Source of the DNA: Patescibacteria group bacterium
Lineage (GTDB): Bacteria > Patescibacteriota > Microgenomatia > UM-FILTER-40-11
Assembly: GCA_035530075.1 (NCBI GenBank)
Contig: DATKVM010000002.1
Coordinates: forward strand, 24,818 to 88,817
Direction of reading: 5' to 3'
DNA: 64,000 nucleotides
In this document: piece by piece, positions 8,734 through 19,881 of the stretch
Position numbering within the stretch: position 1 is the stretch's first letter
Layout of the letters: each line of letters opens with the position of its first letter
The notes under the pieces: generated by a model
What the model was told of the DNA's origin: nothing
The model's input: only the letters and a program-made list of their open reading frames with translations
Databases searched by the model: none
Program-made: the position numbers and the translations under genes

Positions 8734-10440
8734 CTAGTCCTGACCGACTCGCAACACTTCCTCTAAACTCGTCGTCCCCTCTATTGCTTTCAGATAACCG
8801 TCTTGCTTAAGAGTAATCATCCCTTCGGCAATGGCCGTTTTCTCAATATCGAGAGCCGCTGAATGCTCGATTACTAACCGGGCCACTTTCTCTGTCACCG
8901 GCAGGACTTCAAAAATCCCAATCCGACCGAAATAGCCCGTATTATTACACTCGGGGCAGCCCTTACCGCGGCTTAAAAGAAGCTTCCCGTCGCTTTTCAA
9001 GGGAAAGAGGGAGCCCAAAACTGTTTCGATGCCTGCCCGAACATCAGGTGGTGGTTCAAAGGTTTCCTTGCAACTAGCACAAATCCGACGGCAGATTCGC
9101 TGAGCGACAATCGCCGTTAAAGTAGAAGCGAGCAGAAAAGGTTCGGCTCCCATATCTAATAATCGGGGCATCGCCTGAGAAGCACTTTTTGTGTGAATCG
9201 TGGAAAAAACTAAGTGGCCAGTTAACGAAGCTTGAATCGCCAAATCGGTCGTCTCTCGATCGCGGATTTCCCCGACCATAATAATGTTCGGATCCTGCCG
9301 CAAAAAAGACCGCAAACCAGAAGCAAAGGTTAATCCGGCACCCGGATTAATTTGCACTTGATTGACGCCGAGAATCTGGTATTCAACCGGATCCTCAAGG
9401 GTAACAATATTGACTTTGGTCGTGTTAATCTTGGAAAGAATCGAGTAAAGAGTGGTCGTTTTCCCGCTTCCCGTCGGTCCACAGATAAGGATAATCCCAT
9501 GCGGTCGCAAGATAGCATCTTCCAGGTTTTTTAAGGCCCGGCCGCGCAAACCAAGCTCCAGCAATGTCGGCACTCCGCCACTTTTTTTCAAAAGCCGCAT
9601 CACGATTTTCTCACCGTGAACCGTAGGTAGGGTAGAAACACGCAAATCCACCTCTTGGCCGTCGGCCTTAAAATTAAAGCGGCCGTCTTGAGGAATCCGC
9701 TTTTCGTCAATTTTCATCCCCGTTAAAACCTTAATCCGAGAGACCAACGCTTCATGCACGCTTTTAGGCAAAACTAATTTTTCGTGCAAAATACCGTCAA
9801 TCCGGTAACGAATCCGGGTTTTTTCAGCTGACGGTTCAATGTGAATATCCGAGGCGCGGGAGCGGATCGCAAATTCTAAAATGGTGGAGACAATTTTAGC
9901 AATCGGCTCCCGGCGAATAACTTCAGCGTCACGAGTAATATCCAGGGTTTTCTCTTGGCCGACGGCTGTCTCTTTCAAAGCCGCCGTAACTTCCGTGGTT
10001 AAATTTTGAGAATACCGCTCATTAATCGCCCGGTTAATATCTTCCGCCAGAGCCAGATAGACTTTAATTTTCTTACCGGCTTTGGCTTCGATAAATTCAA
10101 TCGCCTCCAAATCCCAAGGGTTAGCAAAAGCGACGGATAACTCTTTACCATCGCCGGAAATAGCAAAGGGGATTAAATTAAATCTTTCGGCAACCGACTT
10201 GGGGACAAGAGCTAAAACTTCCGGAGCCGACCCGACTTCCTGCAGGCCAACAAAGGGAATATTAAAAAGTTCTCCCTTGACCTTGGCGATTTCTTTTTCC
10301 TCCACCCCTCCCAGTTTTTTTAGGATTTCCTCTTCTGGCCGGCCGGAGGCGGCAAACTCTAACTTAACCTTTTCCGCCTGTCCGGGAGTTAAAAGTTTTT
10401 TTGTGAGAAGAAGCTTTGTTATACTTAGGGAATCGGGCAT
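8734..10440 (-). CDS. pilB: type IV pilus assembly ATPase PilB (GspE family)
   Basis: 568 aa. Has an N-terminal GSPII-E_N-like region, Walker A GPTGSGKTTT, a tetracysteine CxxC...CxxC and the GspE signature. Confidence 0.9.
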   Translation of the reverse strand: MPDSLSITKLLLTKKLLTPGQAEKVKLEFAASGRPEEEILKKLGGVEEKEIAKVKGELFNIPFVGLQEVGSAPEVLALVPKSVAERFNLIPFAISGDGKELSVAFANPWDLEAIEFIEAKAGKKIKVYLALAEDINRAINERYSQNLTTEVTAALKETAVGQEKTLDITRDAEVIRREPIAKIVSTILEFAIRSRASDIHIEPSAEKTRIRYRIDGILHEKLVLPKSVHEALVSRIKVLTGMKIDEKRIPQDGRFNFKADGQEVDLRVSTLPTVHGEKIVMRLLKKSGGVPTLLELGLRGRALKNLEDAILRPHGIILICGPTGSGKTTTLYSILSKINTTKVNIVTLEDPVEYQILGVNQVQINPGAGLTFASGLRSFLRQDPNIIMVGEIRDRETTDLAIQASLTGHLVFSTIHTKSASQAMPRLLDMGAEPFLLASTLTAIVAQRICRRICASCKETFEPPPDVRAGIETVLGSLFPLKSDGKLLLSRGKGCPECNNTGYFGRIGIFEVLPVTEKVARLVIEHSAALDIEKTAIAEGMITLKQDGYLKAIEGTTSLEEVLRVGQD

Positions 10441-10477
10441 TACTCATTATTATGGTAAAAGTAAGCGGTAAAAGTCA

Positions 10478-11200
10478 ATGACAGGCAAAATGGTTTTAGC
10501 CACTCAACTTCCCAGTCTTTTAATCGCTGGCGGCCATAAGCAAGCCAGAGAGGAAAAGGTTGAAGAGATTATTGGCCAAAGTTTAATCAGCGCGGCCAAA
10601 ACCCCGGACTATCTTTTGCTTTCCTCAACCCCAAATATTGGCATTGAAGAAGTCAGAAACTTACAGCGTTTTTTACAATTTAAACCTTTTCAAGAGAAAC
10701 AAAAAATTGCCTTAATCCAAGAGTCGCAAAACTTAACTTTGGAGGCTCAAAACGCTCTCCTCAAAACCCTGGAGGAGCCACCAAGCCATTCTCTTATTAT
10801 TCTGACCGCTCCCAATGCTTCTCTACTTTTACCGACGATTGTTTCCCGCTGCGCCGTAATTCAACTCTCGCAAGCAGCGCCGGCCATCTTGGCCGATAAA
10901 GAAATGACGGCAATCAGTCAATCTTTGACAAAACTGCTGACCGCTTCCGTCGGAGAAAGATTGACGCTGGGGGAAAGTCTCAACCTTTATAAAGACCGGG
11001 AGAGCAGCCTAACTTGGCTCGACAAGCTAACCCTCGTTACTCGCCAACAAATGCTAACGGCAAGTAAAAAGGGTAAAGGTCAATTGACTTGGCTCTCCCT
11101 TCTTAAGGCCATTAACCGCGCCAAAAGATACCTTCGAGCTAACTGCAATGTCCGCCTGACCATGGAGGTTTTTTTAAGCGAGATTAGCCATTTGTTTTGA
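10478..11200 (+). CDS. holB: DNA polymerase III delta-prime-like clamp-loader subunit (short form)
   Basis: LIILTAPNASLLLPTIVSRCAVIQL carries the SRC motif in a degenerate AAA+ fold. 240 aa. Confidence 0.6.
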   Translation: MTGKMVLATQLPSLLIAGGHKQAREEKVEEIIGQSLISAAKTPDYLLLSSTPNIGIEEVRNLQRFLQFKPFQEKQKIALIQESQNLTLEAQNALLKTLEEPPSHSLIILTAPNASLLLPTIVSRCAVIQLSQAAPAILADKEMTAISQSLTKLLTASVGERLTLGESLNLYKDRESSLTWLDKLTLVTRQQMLTASKKGKGQLTWLSLLKAINRAKRYLRANCNVRLTMEVFLSEISHLF

Positions 11201-11304
11201 ACCTAAATCCGGTTGTTTTTTGCCTGCAAATTTGCTAAAATTAACTCATCTTTGATATTGTGATAAATGTTAAATAGAGAGGGGAAGAACTTCTTCCGCG
11301 ATAA

Positions 11305-13281
<1,977 letters not shown>

Positions 13282-13282
13282 C

Positions 13283-15931
13283 ATGCAAGAGAAAAACATT
13301 CATCACGATATCGGCAAAATCAAAACGGTTGAAATTACCGAAGAAATGGAAAAGTCCTACCTGGACTACGCTATGAGCGTGATTGTCCAGCGGGCCCTAC
13401 CTGATGTGCGCGACGGCTTAAAGCCGGTCCACCGCCGGATTTTGTACGCCATGAACCAGATGGGCTTGGGTCATAGCTCCAAATTCACCAAGTCGGCCAA
13501 AGTAGTCGGAGAAGTGATCGGCAAATACCATCCCCACGGCGATATGCCGATTTACCAAGCCTTGGTCAGACTGGCCCAAGATTTTGCCATGCGCTACCCC
13601 CTAATCACTGGCCAGGGGAATTTTGGCTCGATTGACGGCGACCCACCGGCGGCCATGCGTTACACCGAGGTGAAAATGGCTTCGATTGCTCAAGAAATGC
13701 TGGCCGACATTGAAAAAGAGACGGTTGATTATATTGATAATTTCGACCAGACTCTAAAAGACCCAGTTTTCCTACCTTCCGCCTTACCAAACCTCCTTTT
13801 AATGGGGGCAGAAGGTATTGCTGTCGGGATGGCCACAAAAATTCCTCCTCACAATTTAACGGAAGTGGTTGACGCCACTATCCTGCTAATCGAAAAAGGC
13901 AAGATGGGGGAATCCCATGAGGCCCGAGGCGAGGCCCAAATCGAGTTTCGGCGGATTTCTTTAGAAGAAGATGAAAAGAAAGAGGGAAAAGCCACCGACA
14001 GCCGATCACTCCGGTTTGAGAGCGAAGCGACCATTGACGAGATAATGCAGTTTATTAAAGGCCCGGATTTCCCGACCGCCGGTCAAATCTTTGACCAAAA
14101 CGAAATCCGGGAAGCTTATACCACCGGCAAGGGGAAAATCATTGTCCGGGGGAAGGCGGAAATTGAAGAGGGTAAGGCTGGCAAATTCCAAATCGTGATT
14201 ACTGAACTGCCTTATCAAGTCAATAAAGCTCAGCTGGTGGCCAAAATTGCTAATTTGGCCAAGGAAAAGAAAATTGACGGCATTGCTGATTTGCGCGATG
14301 AGTCTGACCGACACGGCATCCGAGTTGTGGTTGAACTTAAACGAGATGCCCGGCCAAAATCGACTCTTAATAATTTATTTAAGAAAACCGAGCTTCAGAC
14401 TTCTTTCCCGACTAACTTTGTCGCTCTGGTTGACGGGACCCCAATGACCTTAAACCTTAAACAAATTTTGACCGAGTATATTAATCACCGGCACTTAGTC
14501 GTGACTCGGCGAAGTGAATTTGAGCTGAAAGAAGCTCAGAATCGCGCTCATATTTTAGAAGGCTTATTGATTGCTCTGGGGAACCTAGACGCCGTAATTG
14601 AAACGATTAAGAAATCCAAAGATGCGGATGAAGCGCGAACTAACCTAATGACCAAATTCAAGCTGACCGAAATCCAGGCAACGGCGATTTTAGATATGCA
14701 ACTTCGGCGCTTGGCGGCCCTGGAAAGAAAAAAACTTGAGGATGAATATCAAGCAATTAAAGAAAAGATTGACTTTTTAACGGACCTTTTAGCTCATTCC
14801 GACAAAATCCTTAAAGTAATCAGTCAGAACCTAGCTGAAATTAAAGCCAAATACGGGGACGAGCGCCGGACAAAGATTTACAAAAAGAAAGCGGAAGAAT
14901 TTTCCGAAGAAGATTTGATCCCCAATGAAGAAGTGATTATTTCCATTACTTCTACTGGTTATATTAAAAGAGTGCCGCGAGGCACCTACCGGACTCAGCG
15001 CCGTGGCGGCAAGGGAGTTATGGGAATGAAAACTAAGGAAGAGGATGAAATTGCTCATCTGCTGAGTGCTAATACTCATGACTATCTTCTCTTTTTCACT
15101 AATAAGGGGCGGGTTTTCCGAATCAGAGTTTGGGAGCTACCTGAAAGTTCCCGCCAATCTAAAGGCCAGGCGATTGTTAACTTGATTAATGTGGCTCAAG
15201 GAGAAACTATTCAGTCAGTTCTGACCATCAGCGCTCAAGGCAATCCCAACCAAAAATATCTTTTTATGGTCACGAATAAGGGAACCGTCAAGAAAACGGA
15301 AATCTCTAAATATGATAATGTTCGCTCTTCCGGTTTAATCGCTATCAAGCTTGAAGAAGGGGATGAGCTTTGCTGGGCAAAGGTAACCTCGGGCAATGAC
15401 TATATCCTTCTGGTTTCCCACGAGGGAAAATCTATCCGTTTTAACGAAAACGATGTTCGGCCAACCGCGCGAGATACCATGGGGGTCATCGGCATCGCCC
15501 TAAAGAAAGAAGATTATGTCGTCGGAATGGAAGCTTTGTCCAGCCGCAGCAGAGATCCTAAAGATAAGAGAAAGAAAGTCTTTCGGGATATTTTGGTGGT
15601 AATGGAAAGGGGAGTGGGCAAGCGAACCGGCTTTACGGAATTCCCGGTTCAAAAACGAGGCGGAATGGGCGTTAAAGTGGCAGAAATTACCCCAAAGACC
15701 GGCAAGGTTGTTTGCTCGCAATTTGTGGACGAATCAGTGGAGCAAATTGTCCTTACCTCCAGGCAGGCCCAAATGATTAAACTGCCCCTGAAAAACATTC
15801 CCCGCTTAGGCCGGGCCACTCAAGGGGTCATCTTAATGCGCTTTGACAAAAGCACCACCGATGCCGTCTCCGCCGTCACTCATTTAGACAAAGAAGCCGA
15901 AGAAGAAGCCGCAGCGGTGGAAGAAAAATAA
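13283..15931 (+). CDS. gyrA: DNA gyrase subunit A
   Basis: Contains AMSVIVQRALPDVRDGLKPVHRRILYAM, an active-site Tyr region and a C-terminal beta-pinwheel. 882 aa. It starts 2 nt after the gyrB stop. Confidence 0.97.
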   Translation: MQEKNIHHDIGKIKTVEITEEMEKSYLDYAMSVIVQRALPDVRDGLKPVHRRILYAMNQMGLGHSSKFTKSAKVVGEVIGKYHPHGDMPIYQALVRLAQDFAMRYPLITGQGNFGSIDGDPPAAMRYTEVKMASIAQEMLADIEKETVDYIDNFDQTLKDPVFLPSALPNLLLMGAEGIAVGMATKIPPHNLTEVVDATILLIEKGKMGESHEARGEAQIEFRRISLEEDEKKEGKATDSRSLRFESEATIDEIMQFIKGPDFPTAGQIFDQNEIREAYTTGKGKIIVRGKAEIEEGKAGKFQIVITELPYQVNKAQLVAKIANLAKEKKIDGIADLRDESDRHGIRVVVELKRDARPKSTLNNLFKKTELQTSFPTNFVALVDGTPMTLNLKQILTEYINHRHLVVTRRSEFELKEAQNRAHILEGLLIALGNLDAVIETIKKSKDADEARTNLMTKFKLTEIQATAILDMQLRRLAALERKKLEDEYQAIKEKIDFLTDLLAHSDKILKVISQNLAEIKAKYGDERRTKIYKKKAEEFSEEDLIPNEEVIISITSTGYIKRVPRGTYRTQRRGGKGVMGMKTKEEDEIAHLLSANTHDYLLFFTNKGRVFRIRVWELPESSRQSKGQAIVNLINVAQGETIQSVLTISAQGNPNQKYLFMVTNKGTVKKTEISKYDNVRSSGLIAIKLEEGDELCWAKVTSGNDYILLVSHEGKSIRFNENDVRPTARDTMGVIGIALKKEDYVVGMEALSSRSRDPKDKRKKVFRDILVVMERGVGKRTGFTEFPVQKRGGMGVKVAEITPKTGKVVCSQFVDESVEQIVLTSRQAQMIKLPLKNIPRLGRATQGVILMRFDKSTTDAVSAVTHLDKEAEEEAAAVEEK

Positions 15932-15955
15932 AACTAATTTTGATATCATTGAATT

Positions 15956-17134
15956 ATGTCAGAACCGGGTCAAAGTGAATTCTCAAAATCTTTGGTTGGA
16001 GGTCTGGTCACTCCCCGCAACGACAAAGGTTTACCGTTTCTTCCCGAGACAAGCAGTCTCTATAGAAAAACTGAGCAAATATCGGCCGCTCACCACCGGT
16101 CAAATCGGCTACCGGAGAGTGGTATGACTATTTGGCAAGATGAATTTGGAAACTTATTAACCGAAAGGGGGTTTAAGGGAGTCCCCGAAAAGGACCCTTC
16201 CATACAATTGGACGATGATTACCCTGAGGGGTTTAGAATCTACGGTTTAATGGTTAAAGATTATCTTCCTAGGGTAATCAAGGCTTCACATTTTTTACGC
16301 TCTCACGGATTACCAACAGAAAGAGTAATAGAAGCAAGAAAATTAGAAAGAGTTCCTTTTGAGGGAAAACAAATTACTGTTGAAGAATGGAAGGAACCAG
16401 CCTTGGCAAGTTTTCTCCAAAAGACTGATTCAGAAGAATTAAGAAAAGAAAAGCCAAATTTTTTGGAAAAATTGAAAGAATCGTTAACCAACATGGAATT
16501 CGTAGTCGTGGAGAGAGACTACCCAATAGGAGAAAGACTTAAAGATTTGAGACAAATTCAAACATGGAAGGAGACGCCACTAACCCAAAAAAACGCAGAA
16601 ACATTTTTTAGAAAAGTTCTTAGACTTCACAATCTTAATGCAGACAAAGAAAGTTGCGAAATATTGGCCAAAAAACTTGATGCGACCAAAGAAGAAGATT
16701 GGGATTACTATCTAAGTATAGTTTTGCCGGTTAAAATGGGCCGTTATTTAGGAAGAATGCATTCGTTGGGACTTTATCACAATTTTCCAACTACTCACAA
16801 TTGGACTGTTTCCGGCGACTTAGTCGATCTTGATAGTGTAAAGGGTCTTCCAATATTTCCAACCGATTCACCAATTGGAGAGCCAGAGATTAAATTGGAT
16901 ATTGACCGCACATTTTCAACCTTAAAAGATCTTGGCTATTTAGGCCATATATGTACGGCAAAACATTTTTCTTATTTTATTGCCAGTTATATGAATACCT
17001 ACCGTAAAGGTCAATCCTGGCCGCAAAGATGGTTTCCGGGACCAATTGAAAAATTGATATATGAAAAGAACTTAAGATTTTACGCAGTTGCTCTAACTGA
17101 AGCCAAAAAATTGGCACAAACTCTAGATGTTTAG
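15956..17134 (+). CDS. hypothetical protein, 392 aa; composition looks AT-rich and Lys/Glu-rich
   Basis: Long ORF with no recognisable motif. Its codon usage and AT content look unlike gyrA next door. Confidence 0.5.
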   Translation: MSEPGQSEFSKSLVGGLVTPRNDKGLPFLPETSSLYRKTEQISAAHHRSNRLPESGMTIWQDEFGNLLTERGFKGVPEKDPSIQLDDDYPEGFRIYGLMVKDYLPRVIKASHFLRSHGLPTERVIEARKLERVPFEGKQITVEEWKEPALASFLQKTDSEELRKEKPNFLEKLKESLTNMEFVVVERDYPIGERLKDLRQIQTWKETPLTQKNAETFFRKVLRLHNLNADKESCEILAKKLDATKEEDWDYYLSIVLPVKMGRYLGRMHSLGLYHNFPTTHNWTVSGDLVDLDSVKGLPIFPTDSPIGEPEIKLDIDRTFSTLKDLGYLGHICTAKHFSYFIASYMNTYRKGQSWPQRWFPGPIEKLIYEKNLRFYAVALTEAKKLAQTLDV

Positions 17135-17193
17135 ACGCACGATCAAAGGGAGTGGACTAAATGAGAAAATTTCTGCTTTTTCAACCAAACATA

Positions 17194-17221
17194 ATGTAAC
17201 ATATATAAATATATGTTACAC
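17194..17221. other. 28-bp near-perfect palindrome arranged 11+6+11 (ATGTAACATAT ATAAAT ATATGTTACAC); candidate Xer dif-like site or operator
   Basis: Read directly from the sequence. The arms match at 10 of 11 positions. A Xer-type recombinase is 2.7 kb away. A split copy lies at 36086..36137. Confidence 0.35.
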
Positions 17222-17224
17222 AAC

Positions 17225-17251
17225 TTGCGTTGTTTAAGAGTTTGCTATAAT
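17225..17251 (+). promoter_or_regulatory. candidate sigma70-type promoter for the MazG-like gene (TTGCGT -35-like, then TGcTATAAT extended -10)
   Basis: TATAAT at 17246-17251 is preceded by TGC. The GTG start lies at 17259. Confidence 0.35.
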
Positions 17252-17258
17252 AGCTCTG

Positions 17259-17567
17259 GTGAAAGATGTCCAAAAACAAGTTGATGAGTGGGTCAGGCAA
17301 TACAAAATTGGCTATTTTAAGCCCTTGGAAATTTTGGCGAGATTGACTGAAGAGGTAGGGGAGTTAGCCCGAGAATTAAACCACCGCTTTGGCCCAAAAA
17401 AGAAAAAGCCTTCTGAAGAAACCCAGGAAATCGGTGACGAAATAGCGGATATCATTTTTACCCTTGCTTGCTTGGCCAATTCATTGAACATTGATCTGGA
17501 AACGCACTTCAAAAGAGTAATGGATAAATGTTATGGCCGCGATAATGATAGATATGAAAGAAAGTAA
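17259..17567 (+). CDS. MazG-like nucleoside triphosphate pyrophosphohydrolase, small single-domain form
   Basis: EILARLTEEVGELARELN...EIADIIFTLACLANSLNIDLE, an EExxE/D-type MazG fold. GTG start. Confidence 0.7.
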   Translation: MKDVQKQVDEWVRQYKIGYFKPLEILARLTEEVGELARELNHRFGPKKKKPSEETQEIGDEIADIIFTLACLANSLNIDLETHFKRVMDKCYGRDNDRYERK

Positions 17568-17618
17568 ACTTTCAGAAAAATCACTTGCTTTTGCTTCGAC
17601 TTTTGCTAAGATTAAGTT

Positions 17619-18125
17619 ATGAATAAAAAAGAAACCGCCCCTAAAGGAGAAAAGAAAACTACTTCCGCCTCTTCCAAACTTCCTAAGCTCCATCGGTCCG
17701 AGACCGACCGCGTCTTGGCGGGTATCGCCGGGGGTTTAGGCGAATATTTCCATCTTGATCCGGTAGTTATCCGTCTAATCTTTATTGTCCTTTTCTTACA
17801 AGGGGCGGGCTTTTTGCTTTATTTAATCCTTTGGATTGTCATCCCCACCCAGTCCAAACTGGAAAAATCTTCCCAGGAGATCTTTAGGGATAATGCTCAG
17901 GAAATTAAAGATAAAGCCGAGGCTTGGACGGCGGACTTAAGAGCTCAAGGGAGAAGGCAAAACACTCAGCTTTGGTTCGGAATTTTGGTTATCTTCTTAG
18001 GCCTTTGGCTACTTTTAGAAAATTTCGGCTTTTTCAGTTTTTTCCGTCTCGAAAAGTTTTGGCCACTGCTATTAATCCTTTTAGGGATGGCTATCTTAAA
18101 TAAAAGAGAAAATGAGCAAGGATAA
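17619..18125 (+). CDS. PspC-domain membrane protein
   Basis: RSETDRVLAGIAGGLGEYFHLDPVVIRLIFIVLFL, the PspC consensus. Confidence 0.8.
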   Translation: MNKKETAPKGEKKTTSASSKLPKLHRSETDRVLAGIAGGLGEYFHLDPVVIRLIFIVLFLQGAGFLLYLILWIVIPTQSKLEKSSQEIFRDNAQEIKDKAEAWTADLRAQGRRQNTQLWFGILVIFLGLWLLLENFGFFSFFRLEKFWPLLLILLGMAILNKRENEQG

Positions 18126-18528
18126 AGAATTGGCGAGAGCAGAAAAAGTTCCCGAGACCCCAGAATCAAAGGTAATTTATCGAGAAAAGAAAAGTGGCGG
18201 GAGCGGGGCTTGGGCGGTCTTCTTAATCGCCGGTGGAATAATTTTGCTTTTGAATAACTTAGGCTTTTTACCCTGGGAAATTTGGGCAGTTTTATGGCAA
18301 TTTTGGCCAATACTTTTAATCCTCGGCGGCATCGAAATCGCTTTAGGTCATTCTAGTTTCTCCCGCTTTCTTACTCTGCTTTTAGGGTTAGTGGTGGCCG
18401 CTTTTATTCTGGCCTTAGCGTTAGCCCCTCAGAGTCCGGCCATTGACCGCTTCCTTCAGCGATATTTTCCCCAGCTGCCGGAAAATTTCCGGATTCAGCC
18501 AAGGCAATCAGAAGAAGTCTTCACTTAG
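18112..18528 (+). CDS. membrane protein, LiaF/LiaI-like partner of the PspC proteins
   Basis: Four predicted TM helices. It sits between two PspC-domain genes and overlaps the upstream gene by 14 nt. Confidence 0.5.
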   Translation: MSKDKELARAEKVPETPESKVIYREKKSGGSGAWAVFLIAGGIILLLNNLGFLPWEIWAVLWQFWPILLILGGIEIALGHSSFSRFLTLLLGLVVAAFILALALAPQSPAIDRFLQRYFPQLPENFRIQPRQSEEVFT

Positions 18529-18588
18529 TGCCCCCAATTGTTACTAAAAACTAACCGATTTTAGACCCTCTGTTGATAGGCTGGGGCA

Positions 18589-19056
18589 ATGAGCCAAGAA
18601 TCGCTTTACCAATGCCCCAAGCCACCCCGGCTTTATCGTTCGGAAGATAACCGGGTTATGGGTGGAGTAGCGGCCGGCTTGGCGGCTTATTTTGACCTGG
18701 ACCCTAATTTTATCCGTCTGCTTTTCATCTTGTCGGCGCTTATCTTCGGAGTCGGCATTTTGGTTTATCTTTTCCTTTGGATTTTGTTGCCGACCGAATC
18801 AAAATTAAAACAACCGGAAAGTAAAAATATTAAAGAGAATGTCCAGGATATCGCTTACAAGAGTCGGGGAGCGGCTAAAGAGACAAGCTCTCTTTTTGAC
18901 GCCGAACCGCGGGTTTGGCTAGCCGTAGCTATTATTCTAATTGGCTTGCTCTTTGGCATCCTGACTGGTTTTGGGTTTTTAGACCTTTTTGGCCTAGGAC
19001 CGCTTTTGCTTTTAGCTCTAGCTTTTCTTGCCTTACTCATCCTCATCCGCCCCTAA
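18589..19056 (+). CDS. PspC-domain membrane protein
   Basis: LYRSEDNRVMGGVAAGLAAYFDLDPNFIRLLFIL. Confidence 0.8.
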   Translation: MSQESLYQCPKPPRLYRSEDNRVMGGVAAGLAAYFDLDPNFIRLLFILSALIFGVGILVYLFLWILLPTESKLKQPESKNIKENVQDIAYKSRGAAKETSSLFDAEPRVWLAVAIILIGLLFGILTGFGFLDLFGLGPLLLLALAFLALLILIRP

Positions 19057-19073
19057 ATTTAATCCAATTTTTC

Positions 19074-19102
19074 TTGACAGAAAAGTTAAAACTAGTTAAA
19101 CT
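19074..19102 (+). promoter_or_regulatory. candidate promoter TTGACA-17 nt-TAAACT, giving a leaderless or near-leaderless Nudix mRNA
   Basis: TTGACA at 19074-19079, a 17-nt spacer, then TAAACT at 19097-19102. The ATG lies at 19112. Confidence 0.4.
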
Positions 19103-19111
19103 TCTTGACAT

Positions 19112-19528
19112 ATGTCCCAAAACAAAAAAGAAGCCATTGTTGTGGGCTTAGGAATTATTGCCAAAGAGGGGAGAGTTCTTATCGGTCAAAGGAAGGACCC
19201 CGACCCTTATGTTAAAGAACTGACCTGGGTCTTCCCGGGCGGCAAATTCGAGAGCCTGGATCTTGAAAAGGAATTGATCAGGCATCTTAAAGAGGAAACC
19301 GGTCTTGACGTTAATATTAACCAGCTCGTTCATGCTCGGCTGATCCCTGACTCACCGGAAAAGAAAGTCAAAGTTATTGCCCTTTATTATCATTGCGCGG
19401 CGGTGTCAGGCCAAGAAAAGGCCGGTGGTAGCCTAGGTAAGCTAGAGTGGGTTCCGGCGATGAAGGTCTTTCACTTCTTCACCACTTCCACGGCTGATGA
19501 AGTGGTTGCCTTTCTGGGAACACTTTAG
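19112..19528 (+). CDS. Nudix hydrolase
   Basis: Nudix box GGKFESLDLEKELIRHLKEETGL (G-x5-E-x7-REuxEExGu). Confidence 0.8.
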   Translation: MSQNKKEAIVVGLGIIAKEGRVLIGQRKDPDPYVKELTWVFPGGKFESLDLEKELIRHLKEETGLDVNINQLVHARLIPDSPEKKVKVIALYYHCAAVSGQEKAGGSLGKLEWVPAMKVFHFFTTSTADEVVAFLGTL

Positions 19529-19881
19529 AAAGAGGCCTTATTTGCCTCAAATTTCTTCCACACTCTTTGAAGTGTTTCCTGGGGAACTATTTTAAGCTCA
19601 ACTTTGGTGAGCATAAAAATAATCTCAGCGGTTAAATACAACCAATCCCCAAACTCGACAACTGAATGCTCACGACAAGTACCCTTAATTTGGTCGTGCT
19701 TAGAGTACAGTTTATTTCCTTTAAACCAAAGCATTGGTATTTCAAAGAGATGTAAAAACCAAGCTTGTATCCGAGGAGATAGTCTACCATTCCAACGATC
19801 AAACTGAGGAATGAACTCTTGGTGAATTTTTTTGAGAGTTATGTTTGGCATCGATCTGTCTATTGACTTGCGTCTATGCAT
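19525..19881 (-). CDS. hypothetical protein, 118 aa
   Basis: ORF with no recognisable motif. The stop overlaps the Nudix stop region and the start abuts the xer stop. Confidence 0.4.
   Translation of the reverse strand: MHRRKSIDRSMPNITLKKIHQEFIPQFDRWNGRLSPRIQAWFLHLFEIPMLWFKGNKLYSKHDQIKGTCREHSVVEFGDWLYLTAEIIFMLTKVELKIVPQETLQRVWKKFEANKASF

Noticed and set aside
10441-10477. GGTAAAAGT direct repeat in the 37-bp pilB-holB divergent spacer
   Set aside because: It is too short to distinguish from chance. It may simply be a TATTAT -10 region for holB.
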